Below are positions 23,973-35,590 of a DNA stretch of 64,000 nucleotides, piece after piece; within the stretch, counting starts at the first letter, position 1; the number at the start of each line of letters is the position of its first letter. This DNA is from Podarcis pityusensis. Taxonomy: Eukaryota. Both the position numbers and the translations under genes were made by a program. The stretch lies in assembly GCA_964106645.2 (NCBI GenBank), contig OZ067041.1; one strand, 5' to 3'. The notes under the pieces were generated by a model. That model saw only the letters and a program-made list of their open reading frames with translations, was not told where the DNA came from and did not search any database.

Positions 23973-24462
23973 CCATATATACTCGAGTATAAGCCGACCC
24001 GAATATAAGCCGAGGCACCTAATTTTAGCACAAAAAATTGGGAAAACTTATTGACTCGAGTATAAGCCGGTTCACCACACCACAAACCTGGTGGTGGCGG
24101 CAGCGGCAGAGGAAGAACAAGCAGCCCAAAAGGAAGAGGAGGAAGGAGCAGCCTGAAAGGGCTCCTTTCGGGCCACTCGTCCCTCCGCCGCCGCCTCTGC
24201 TGCTCACAAGAGCAGGCATAGGAGCCATGATTGGGAGAGGCACAGCACAGTGCAATGCCTCTCCCAACCACGGCTCCTATGCCCGCTCTTGCGAGAGGTG
24301 GGCGGCGGCAGTGGGACCAGTGGCGAGAAAGGGCTCCTTTTGGGCCACTTGTCTCTCCGCCGCTGCCGCTGCCACCCGCCTCACTCAAGTATAAGCTGAG
24401 GGGGGCTTTTTCAGCATAAAAAAATGTGCTGAAAAAGTCAGCTTATACTCAAGTATATACGG
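23973..24462. mobile_element. Tc1/mariner/pogo-type MITE (490 bp) with GC-rich interior
   Basis: TA|CCATATATACTCGAGTATAAGCCGA...TCAGCTTATACTCAAGTATATACGG|TA; subterminal repeats of GAGTATAAGCCG; internal direct repeats and a hairpin. Confidence 0.92.
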
Positions 24463-26248
24463 TACTACCCTAGTGCAGCAGCAGGGTGTATGCACACAAC
24501 TGTGAGCAAGGACCTCTCTGCACATTCATCTGAGGAATAAAGGACTGGTTCTGATCTAGAGGCTGTAAGTTTGGAAGGCGATACGAATTCAAGAATTTTG
24601 AGAAACAATGTAGTAAACAGAAAGAAACAGCTCTGTGCTGCATCATGCCCTGCTCTAAAAACACATTTGCTAGGTCCAAAGGCTAAAAGGACTCCTTGAC
24701 ATCAAGAAATTAGTTAAACTGAAGGGAAAATATCACAAGATATAGATATCAAGTATTCCTTCACTGAAGCGCTACGATAAGAAAAGCTACATCAATACCC
24801 CTTACTGCACCAGTTCTTAATTTTAACCTTCACCTGAAAACTACAAATAAGCCCTTCATTTTCATAAGACTGGAGTCTGGGATTTTTGCCTGCAAAGTTT
24901 GTGATTTGGTAGCCTAGGATTCCTGACTTCTTTTCATATGACCCGTGCTAGTGAGAGGGTGTGCTGTCTACAGTTGGACTGGATCAATGCAAGTATTCAG
25001 GCAGCCGGGACAGCAAAAACTAGAACAGCCTGTGAACTGAAAACTATGGCCAAGTCTCTATTGGCAGACTGGAAGAGTGGAAAAATATGTTTTCTTTCTC
25101 TGGGATTTATACCAGCTCTCCAACAGCAAAAGACAGCTCTGGCTCCAAGGTTCTCCCACCCACGCTTATGGAAAAGTGACATGAAATTTCTCAAACAGGC
25201 TAATTAAAGCAAGATTGCTTCAAAAACATTTTTAAATAAAAAACAGCTCCCTTGGCAGCACGGCAAAAAGCCTCCCCAAATGAAAAACGTATTAGCTGTC
25301 AGGAGAATATTTCCGTGCTAGTGCCTGGATTCAAGAAGGGAGGGAGGGGAGAGACTTAACAAAGACATAAAAATGATTTGCAGCAAACATGTTTAATGCT
25401 TCAGGAATGTCTTGGCATCATGCAACTAAAATAATAATAATAAAAGTAAAAAGAAGGTGTAAAGGAGTGAACTTCAGAAAAATGATTAATTCTTTAAAGG
25501 CAGGCTGGGGAGGGAGAGCCATGTTTCCACAGGGTATTGCAGACAGATGGGAGGTTAATTCTTCACTCCCAAGATATCGATGGGACAAAAATTAAGGAGA
25601 GAGTGGTGCCGACTTTATTTTCCCATTTCTCTTTCTCATGGGACAAAATGTTAGGAGACACAGAAAACAGTGGTTGGAGAAAAGAGATTTGAAAGCTTGG
25701 CTGCTGACATCACACATTTATCTGATCAACAAAATACAAATAGAATCAGGAAAAATTAATGTGCATCCTGGTGGTCCAAATTCATCACAGCCATTTTTGA
25801 ATCCCAGAGCCAAGGCAAAGGCTCCAAAATTACTGGCAAAGGATATGTGTGCACAAAAGCAGATCCAGAGCTTTAAACAAAAAACAGCCAAAGTCGTCTC
25901 AGCCAATGAGCAGAGAAAGAACAGCCCAACACTTCTGCAAGCCAAGCCACTGGGGAACAACTTTCTTTGCAGATGGAATATAAAACATTTTCTGCTTTTA
26001 CAAGGTTTGCTTGTAGAAGGAAGAAGCAACCCAAGCTCAGTTTCACAAGGGTAAGAATGGCTTTTTCATAATAAAAAAGAACCATGACTTATCTTCTGAA
26101 ATGCATTTACATCTTTGCTACCTTTTTTACTTATGTCACTTTATTTTCACCATGCCCTCAAATTCCCCAACAGGAAAACAGAGAAAATTAATCTCTGATC
26201 TATAGGAAGATCAGATTTCCTCATCAATATTCTGTCACTTTTATAATA

Positions 26249-26474
26249 CAGTGGTACCTCGGGTTACAGACACTTCAGGTTACAGACTCCGCTAACCCAG
26301 AAATAGTACCTCGGGTTAAGAACTTTGCTTCAGGATGAGAACAGAAATTGTGTGCTGGTGGCACGGCGGCAGCGAGAGGCCCCATTAGCTAAAGTGGTAC
26401 CTCAGATAAAGAACAGTTTCAGGTTAAGAACGGACATCCGGAACGAATTAAGTTCTTAACCTGAGGTACTACTG
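26249..26474 (+). mobile_element. Tc1/mariner-superfamily MITE
   Basis: TA|CAGTGGTACCTCGGGTTA...TAACCTGAGGTACTACTG|TA; full-length inverted homolog at 43924-44149. Strand is arbitrary. Confidence 0.92.
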
Positions 26475-26667
26475 TACTAGTGCAACTTGGTAGAGTATGC
26501 CTGCATCTTTAAACAGTAATATGGCGTAACAGGGATATTCACACATTCAAGATTTGCCAGCTACATCATGCACAGTTTGTAATGCACGAAACAAGCACAG
26601 GTCTATGTCTAACACTCTGTCCTCTTGGCCTTCAACTGTCTCTTGAGAAAGCAAGTTGTAATTGTAT

Positions 26668-27087
26668 AGGCCTGGTTCACACTTAACACCAAAGTTGAGA
26701 GAAAATTATGGCTTAATGTGTACACACAGCAACATGAATGCTTTAAGTGTACTCTGCTCTGCACATTGCAGCACAAGAGGGAAAACAAGCCACTGTCTGG
26801 CTTGTCGAAGTGGCCAAACCCAGTATCATGGTTTATATCTCCTAAACAGACTACAAGCAGTAAGTCAAGAACAAAGCTTGGTTACTATTCATAGTTTGTT
26901 TGGAGAAAAACAAAACACAAGCATGGGTTTGGACGTCACAACAAGCCAGACTCTGGCTTATTTACATACAGCACAGTAGCAGGGGAGCAGAGGAAGAACG
27001 TTCCAGCAGTGTGCACTAGCCCACTCTGCATTCATATTGAACTATACATAAAAAACAATGATCTAATGTGCCGTGCAAACGGGGTCA
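26668..27087. mobile_element. Degenerate Harbinger-like MITE
   Basis: Starts GGCCTGGTTCACA like the 51981 copy; related fragments at ~32365-32630 and ~56845-57000. Confidence 0.5.
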
Positions 27088-27455
27088 CAGTAAATTATAG
27101 CAACAGCTCCACTTTTTTTTTGGAAGAGTTGTATGACAGAGTCTAGCCTTCACTGCACCTGTAATTTTAAGATAGAAACCCCCAAAAAATCCTGAGCCTT
27201 TGCCCAATACAATTCCAAACTATATAGGCTGAAGAAAAACATTTTACCTTGCATCTAGGGGATGTTAGGTGCTGGATAGGTGGCCTACCTATCAAAATAG
27301 TTTGTGGGGGTTGGGGGGGGTAGATCAATATCTTGCCCACCTGCCATATCCAGTTTCCCACACTTTAGCTAGAAGATAAAACTGCCTGTAATTACTACTG
27401 CATATTGGCAAGAGACTTTACAACTCAGCTTCAGGATTTTTGTTTGGTTTTGCAA

Positions 27456-27502
27456 AGAAGAAGAAGAAGAGGAGGAGGAGGAGGAGGAGGAGGAGGAGGG
27501 GG
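27456..27502. repeat. (GAA)n(GGA)n compound microsatellite
   Basis: Direct reading. Confidence 0.9.
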
Positions 27503-28444
27503 AGAAGCCAAAGTGAAGAAAACAGATATACAACAAAAAGGCCTAGTGTGTTATTACGAGCTTTGGAGTAAAACAGAGCAATCGTAAAGAAAAACTGCCA
27601 GCCACTACACTGATGTTGCTTGGAACTTGAAATCTGTGTTCTATATATAAGAAGCCAAGGAGCTCTTAAACTGAACTGAAATGTAAAATTAAGAACATCT
27701 GCTGTCAAGTTTGCCTTCGGTCCCAGATAACATATTGCTTTAAACTGGCACTGTTCTTTACTTAGTTAGTTGCCATCCATCTTGCCCAAATTTGGTGATT
27801 TTTGCAAATCCCCCGTAAGTTTGTCCCCAGTTTCTGAAGGACTCAAATCCTACGATGGATAACATTAGGCAGAAGAAAATGTACTAGACAGAAAGAAGTG
27901 CTCCTGGGGGGAAATAAATTAAAAATAAATAAAATGACCAAATATATTATTACATCAAATTCAGCAAAGGATTACTGTGGAAAGATGCAAGTTCAGGAAA
28001 AGAAAATGACTAAAAGCCTCTTTTAATGCAAAGCAAAAAATGATATGTTTCACTGGTAATCCACATTTAAGCTACAGGAATACAGAATGGTGGAGCACTT
28101 TGCCTGGCTTCCATTAAACTCTGGCTGCATTGCTAACTCACTTCATATACAACGTAAGCAAACCTCTTTGAGTTGAAATGGCTATAATAGTGTAGAACAA
28201 AGAATATCTGAGAGAAGAGCCACATCCTACTGCAGATGTTTAAACTGACTGTTGCTGTTTTGGTATGACAGCGGTTGTGCAATCATGCTGGTCCTACAAG
28301 TCCATATAGCCCAGCAGCAACCAGCACAGAGACTGGTGCCTTGAACATTAGGAGACTGGGACTCTTGATACGCCCACAAAACATCATGGGCCAGATTCTG
28401 CTAAGTCATTATGCAATGGAAGTGATCACAGAGACCCTCTAGTG

Positions 28445-28645
28445 CAGGGCTGTCCAACAGGTTGATGGTGATCTACTGGTCGATTGCGAGATGCCCCTGG
28501 TCAATCGTGGGATCCTCCTCCGCCCCCAAAAAGAAAAAAAGCTGAACAACTTTGGCTTCCCTAAAAAAAGCTGAACAACCTTGGTTTCCCTAAGTTTTTT
28601 TATAGTGGTTGTAGATCGCAGTCTCTTGGAAGTTGGATAGTCCTG
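28445..28645. mobile_element. hAT (Charlie-like) MITE
   Basis: TIR CAGGGCTGTCCAAC...GTTGGATAGTCCTG; 8-bp flanks CTCTAGTG / CTCTACTG; internal tandem AAAAAAGCTGAACAAC-TTGG-TTCCCTAA x2. Confidence 0.85.
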
Positions 28646-31600
28646 CTCTACTGCAACAAGACTTCCACCCCTTCTCTGAGCCCTCCTCAAATCTGTAAGA
28701 AGACTCCCAGAACAGCATGTCAGGGAGGAGAGGGGAGATCTTCCCATTTGGCAAACAGAAATGCTTGCACTGATGGGATGATCACCTTAGCAAGATGTTG
28801 AATTCCACCCTGTGTAAGTTCACAGTTCCATTATCTCCACCTTTCTTACATACCTAAAATATATCCTTCTTCTGTTCTCAGCTGCTGTGTTCCTGTGCCA
28901 CTGTCACAAATGTACTTTACGTGTACTTGTATACATGCAGCCTCTCCCCCGCTCTCTACTGTAAACCAACATCCCCATATGCAAAGATGTGCATAGCCGC
29001 CACACATCTTTCAGACATCCTTCCCTACCTTGCATATATACATATCCTATCCAGCCTTCCAAACTTGTGTATCACATATTCCATTTATCTCCTCACACGT
29101 CTACTATCACCATTATATAAATCCAGGAACAGTCCTATGTTTTCATTTCCTTCTCTCCCTCGCTGTAATTCTACCCTGGAAGTTCTTAGAGGGTGAAAAT
29201 GGTTTTTCAACATGGAGCCAACAGCTGTATCAAGGGACTTATCAGATTAGAGGCCCTGACAGAAGCAAAATGAAAAATGAGGTTTTTTGTTGTTGAAAAG
29301 ACAGCTGCAAATGCCCCCAGGTCCCCAAAGATGCCTCTGTGCAAGGGTCACTGCCCACTGCCACTTTGCAAAAAGCTAACACCCAGGTGTCCAGCTCCAG
29401 CTGAAGACTGCTTTGATAGCTTAATATTCAGAATGGAGCATACAAATGAAAACGAAGGATGCTTCACAAAACTGTAGATTTTTTAGGTAATATGCAAGAG
29501 AATTTTGTTTACAAAGCAGACTGCCTCTTCTTCTTCTTTGAATTCTTCATATACAATGCTAAGTTCACCTGGTGTTAATTAGAACAGCCAGCTGTTCTTG
29601 CTTATGCTGAAACTGGTCCTCTTTCATTATATTAGCAAATATGCTAGTTACATATTTACTGAATTCCACATTTTTTATCATATTTTTTCTTGCCTCATCT
29701 TGCCACAATTTCAGTTTTGAGAGGTGTCTGCTGATAAGAATTATATGCTGAAATTCAACATTGTGCTGTGTTGAACGTTCCATTCACACAAACATTGCAG
29801 TTTGCTGGACCCCCGCACTGTGCAAGTGGAAGTCCTTGCACAGGGCTTCTGCTGACAGGGTTTGTTACGTGAATATGGCCAGTTTTAAACAGGGTTCTTC
29901 CCAATCTAGCTACCTGGAGGTAGCAAAAGATCCATTTCGGAAGGAGGGACATTGCATTGAAAATACTGTTGGAGAGAATCCTTCTGTACTTTGGCTACAA
30001 CGAACCCTTCTAGCATTCCATTTGTGTGTTTAGTTTGGGGGTCTTTTATTCCAATTTTTGCTCAAAGGCAGAAAACAACTAGGATTCAAGCAACACTGAA
30101 TACAACAAATGTAGAGTGTTGCATTAGTCAGGAGGGTACAGATTAGGTCAGTTCACTATGGAATATGAAGCGAATGAATTTCTCAAGCATCCCTATCCTT
30201 GTGCACAGGATTTCCTATGCAACCATCAGAGTCAGAAACAGGTAGCATTTACCAGAGAATGCCAGTTCACGTGCAACATTTTCCCTTCGTGAATAATATA
30301 ACTGCAACAAATAAAAGATGTACGCTGCCATGTATGAAGATTATTTTCCTGTATTTATCTTTGCTTGGGAGCGGCTGCGCACATTCACTGGCTAATACGA
30401 GCAACTGCAACTCTATTGTTGCTTTAACAAGTCTACCATTTCCACATTTCCTTCCCTCTGTCAAGGACTATATAACAATAGTCAATTTATCTCTACGTTT
30501 AAAAAAATCTGCTAAAGGAATTAACTGCTAGTCTCAACTAGTTCTCCAAAGTAGCCTGAGCAGGGACCAGCTCAAGGGTGTCAATCAGCATCTCTGCACT
30601 AAAGGCAGGCATATCCCAAGGCTAAAGTTCAGCTGCCAACATGTCAAAAATATTGGCAGGGATAATCCCATTCAGACATGGTGCCTTTGGGAAACAGGAA
30701 GGGCAATGTGTAAACCTCGTAAGAAACCTTAACTGTCACCAAAGAGACGGAGATATAGTTTCTAACATACCTTCCAAGAACCAAAGGAGGTTTTTTTTTT
30801 AAAAAAAAAGGAGGGGAGGAATCCTGAATAAGGATTCTCTTGGATCCATCTTTGTTTGACAACCAGGGATGTCTGCCCACATCCCTTTTCTCTTTTTATG
30901 TGTCCCTCTGCTTCTCTCTTTCCACAATGGGCCCAGATGCCTACTCTGAATACCTCCATTGGGCTTGAATTGCAACTTCTTTCTCAGCTAAACCCCAACA
31001 GACTCCTCAATTTTTTTGAAACTTCTCCACCACATACTGTTCTAGGGCATCCTCAGGGTTCCTGTAAGGTACTGCTCTCCTTGCCTATCTTCTGCATCCA
31101 GACGTATACTTCACCTTTCAAACTAACAGTTTCCAAGGCAGCTTGCAACAAAACCAAGCCCTTGTTGCTCTGGCCAGTGGCAGAGATAAGGGTGACTTTT
31201 CCCTCACTTGTGTAATCCCAAGGGACATGGCAGGCTTCCTTCTCCTGGTGCAGGAGAGCAGGTTCTTGCAGCTACTCATTCTCTGGTTGATGGCTGGGGC
31301 TAGGCTAGTCTTGCCCTTTCCAAGGTGTCACTTTCCTTGGAGGCCAGTGCTCTTTCCCTTTACACCTTTAGTCTCAATGACTCGAGCATCCTTCCCCGAA
31401 AGAACGAACACAAGAAGTTGTCTTATACCAAGTCAGATTGTTGGTCCATCTATCTCAGAATTGTCTACAGTGACAGTGGCTCTCCAGGATTCTGACTGGA
31501 TTCTTTCCAAGCCCTAATTAAAGATACCAGAGACTGAATATGCAACCTTTTGCATGCAAAGCATGTACTTTGCCACTAAACCTTGCATCACATAAGCCCA

Positions 31601-34150
31601 CCTTTCTGCTGCCTACCTGTCCAGCTCTCTCAATATCTAAGAGGCATTTTGCCTATTTGTGTTCATGGCCTTCTCTCAACAGCACGTGGAGCAAATGTTC
31701 AGCAACTAGCATACAACAGAAATTGGATGGGCATCTTTTGAACAGAGATCTTTTGAATATCTCTGTGTTTACAAATGATAAGACATAATAGATCTTCTTG
31801 CATATTATGTAGCTTATCGTATTCAGTCTGTCAGTGTTCACTTCATATATGTAGGGAATAAAATTACCAGTTGTGCCTCTTCCTTTCATACACAAAAGGG
31901 AAAATATTGCGATTATCTTTTATTTAAGCAAATTTTGTTTTATATAAAACAACAAATGAACAAACACTCAGGATAACATTAAACTATTGTTTTAAAGGCA
32001 ATAATTCAAAACCTGTAACATACAGAATCTTCACTAACAACTCAACATAAGCATACTGGCAATATGGTTACACAGTGAATCAACTCTTTCCTGTCAACCT
32101 GGTTTGAAATGGCACATGATCTAACAATGTGCAAATTTAAGCAGGCTGAAGAGAAGGGGGAAATCCAGTTGGCCCTACAAGTCCACCAACAAGTTAATGT
32201 GACTCTGTCCTTAGTGTTATTTCAGACAGTTATCAAAGCCTCTAGCCTAATTTTAGTAGGGGTTCCTTCGGTGCCCATGTTATGATGGTGCACACTGCTG
32301 AAAAATTCTCACTCCACTCCTCTCCTGGTAGTATTGCTGCCCAATACTGGGAAACAACTAGAATATGGCTTGTCGTGATGTCTGAACCCAGGTTTGTGGT
32401 TTGTTTCCCATAAACAAACCACAAGCACTAAACCAAGAACAAACCTTGTTTACTACTCATGGTCTGGATTCAAATGTCATGACAAGCCAGAATCTGAGTT
32501 GTTTCTTAGTGGTATGGCGGCAGCGAGGGAGGACTGGGGCAAGTACCATTTAACTGCATGCATGAGCACACTGCACATTCAGTCACAGCTTGTTTTTAAC
32601 TATGGCTTAATGTGGCATGCAAGCTGGATTGGCAAGTCTTGGAGTTTTCCAGTAAATATCTATGGAAGTTTAGCCTGTATCAATGGGCTCAAATTCAAAG
32701 TGACTTGGTGGAAAATTTTATGTGTTTCCAATTCACATAAGCTCTAGAAAAACAGGTGTTACTTCCTCACCTGTGTACACTGGAAACTTTGAATCTGGAC
32801 ATCTGACATCACGTTCTTGGTTGTTACTTTTCTCCATTTTTCTCTAATAGCACACATTCCTAATTTAACTATTTCACATGGAATCTAGGAAAATATGCGT
32901 TCTGGGTCTTTTTCCATATTATTTTCACAGTCTACATTTATTATTAGCAAACAGCATACATTGTGCTGAAATATACCAGCCTCATTTAGTTTTTGCATAC
33001 AATATTATTTAATAATCACATATTATTCCCAACTATAGCTACTTCTGAAAGTGAATATTGTAAATGGCCTTTTTGTGATGTAACATCACTAGCTAACGTC
33101 GCTGTCTTCTTAGTTTTAATTAAAACTGTTTTATTTCAACAGCAACAGTTTACAAAAGCAAGCTGGATCTGTGGACCAGATTTTATGGACATTCAAGGAG
33201 ATTTACTAGAAGCTCTGCTGTGGAAGCCTGACTCCCCTCATTCACTGAGGCTGGAATGGATAGCCATCAGCCAGGTAGGCTGAACAATGACTGCTTTGTC
33301 CAAATAAAAAACATTTGAGGGAACACTAGAAAGGCCCATAAGCAAAACAACTGTGCTAAGAGGCTGAGCAAGCAGCACTTTCCCAGTCCCTGTTAAATGC
33401 AAACCATGCTCTGAGTAATCTCATCCACCTTTTCACTCCCCTCCTCTATGAGCCCACAAGCAAAACACAGCCCCCATTCTGCTCTGGAATGCACTCTCCG
33501 AAACTTAATCTAACTGCAGAGCTCACTCCAAATCCCCAAAAGGCTTCAACCCAATGGCAGACCCCTCCCATGGAGCCTTGGAGCTGCTGTTCCATTCTCC
33601 TTTTCTAACCCGGCCCAACCTAAACATTTCACTTCTGATTAATATCTTGATGACAAGCCAATAATTCTTGGCTTTGAAACAAAACCAGCCCCTGTTTTGC
33701 ACAAATGTATCTCCTTCAATCTTTTAGAGGCATTATCTCCTTTCTCTATTTCCCTCCACGCCCTGTGGTGCCCTGAAGAGGGAACCCTCCTGATACTAGT
33801 CAAGACAGGTTACTAGGCAGTTCTGTCCTATGACTCATACACATAATAGCATTTACCTTGTGGGCTTGCCATGTTAGAACTCTTGACTCTTAAACAATGC
33901 CAGCATCCCAATCTGAGTATCCTACTTAGTCCTATTTGTGGGAGTGCCTATGTGAGGTCAGACAAGGTGCTCTTGAGGCTTGTTGCGAAGCATATGTGTA
34001 ACAGTGCTAACCCAGCATGAGGCCAGCATTCACATCCAAAATATATCCTATGTCTGAGAATGAAGGATGCTTAGATCATCTGATTAACACTGAATCAGGC
34101 AACTAAAGACAATGTGTTGTACATTGAGGAAAAGAAGCAAAGCTACTCAC

Positions 34151-34429
34151 TAGCTAATGTTACCATGGCTGGAACACTGGCAACAACACCTTCAGGCACA
34201 CGGGCTATGCACTGGTACCGGCCCACTGTGTCGTTGTTTAAGGAAGCCACGGTAAGCAACCTCTGATCAATATGGATCCCCAGGATGTCATCTGAGTGAA
34301 GCAGCTCCTTTCCGTTTAGTCTCCAGGACACATTTACAGTCAAGGGCTCGACCACACACCTCAAGCTGACTAAGCCACCATACTTCTGGACCACAGAAGC
34401 AGGCTGCACGGTGACCTGACGAGATTGAC
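34151..34429 (-). CDS. BOC: BOC coding exon 2 (Ig1)
   Basis: tttttcag|GTCAAT...TAGCTA|gtgagt; QVTVQPASVVQKYGGLVSLRCVVEP...WRLNGKEL...VGRYQCIARVPEG; 279 nt. Confidence 0.97.
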
Positions 34430-35322
34430 CTGAAAAAGGAGGACAGTTGAGAAATCCTCATGAACACTGGTTTACAAAACGGAGGTAGATCTACTAAACT
34501 GGAGGTACCAGCTATCTACATTATAATCACATTCACATTGTTTAGGCTTGTCATGCATTAACCATTCTGAGCAGAATTCAATAAAAATGGAACAAGGTGA
34601 TACCACAGGTTGAAGGCTATTGGCATTTAGTGGTTGGTTACTTATTACTAAGATCATAAGAATACATCACATTCAACTGTTGAGACTTCACCTTAGGGAT
34701 ATAGATCTTCAGTCTCAACAAGGGCACCATGCTGTTAGTGCGGCTTTATATGTAAGTAAAGGCATGTTCCACCGCACAGTATTCTAGCTGCCTTCTCTCT
34801 CTCTGTCCTGCCCTCTACTTCAAGAGAGACAGTACACACAGAGCACATCTGTAATACTCTGCTTCCATAGTGAGAGAAGCAAAGTACTGTCCTATGGTGA
34901 CTAAGTAAAAAAGCAGTACAAAGTGGAATGTAAAAACTGTCTTGCTGAATCAGATCAAAGGACAACATTCTGTTTTTAACAGGCATATACCGTAGTCCTG
35001 GAAATCTCATAAAGCAAGAAAGGCCTCCTCTGATATTTTGTCCCCATCACTTCATGGTTAAAGGTATACAACTTCTGGAATTAGGTGAGTTTGCCATTTG
35101 GCTGCTCACCCATAGGCAATTGCTACTCACTCCAGGTGAGCAGCAAATTTCATGACTCAGCAATGATTCTCAAATGTTGACTTGGGATTTGAAAGCAGTC
35201 CTAAGTGGCTGAAAATAAGGCTACAGAAAAAGATTAAAGGGAGGGCAGCATTTGAAAGTTGAGAAGTAGGACCAATCCCATAAGCAAAATGGAAATAAAG
35301 TTGAGTCCTTGAAAATGCAGCA

Positions 35323-35323
<1 letters not shown>

Positions 35324-35365
<42 letters not shown>

Positions 35366-35460
35366 TTATACCCCGCCCATCTGACTGGGCTTCCCCAGCC
35401 ACTCTGGGCAGCTTCCAAAAAAATATTAAAATACTGTAATACATCAAACATTAAAAGCTT
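35324..35460 (-). mobile_element. LINE-type 3' end fragment with (AAT)n tract
   Basis: Reverse complement of 17741-17840; a more decayed copy with (AAT)n lies at ~63341-63425. Confidence 0.75.
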
Positions 35461-35505
35461 CCCTAAACATTTATTAGGGGGAAATGGGGGGGGGGGAACG
35501 CTCAC

Positions 35506-35590
35506 CCAAATTTGCAATGCAACCAGCAGATGCCAAGAGCAAACAGATGATAGCAGTCATTGGTCTTTCCCCCTCTGATATCATGGCCAT
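35506..35590 (-). CDS. BOC: BOC coding exon 1 (signal peptide); full exon 35506-35686 includes 96 nt of 5'UTR
   Basis: gtcatccag|GGCACC...gggATGG (strong Kozak)...AATTTGG|gtgagc; MAMISEGERPMTAIICLLLASAGCIANL(G) aligns with the recalled human RP...CLLLATAGCFADL; in-frame TGA upstream. Confidence 0.92.

Noticed and set aside
23942-24419. Four overlapping GC-rich ORFs on both strands
   Set aside because: All lie essentially within the non-autonomous MITE; they are open because of GC content and internal symmetry, with no transposase motifs.
3057-35590. Alternative identity as CDON or a ROBO/DCC-family gene
   Set aside because: Four Ig plus three FNIII domains, BOC-type TM and tail peptides, and CFAP44 adjacency all indicate BOC.
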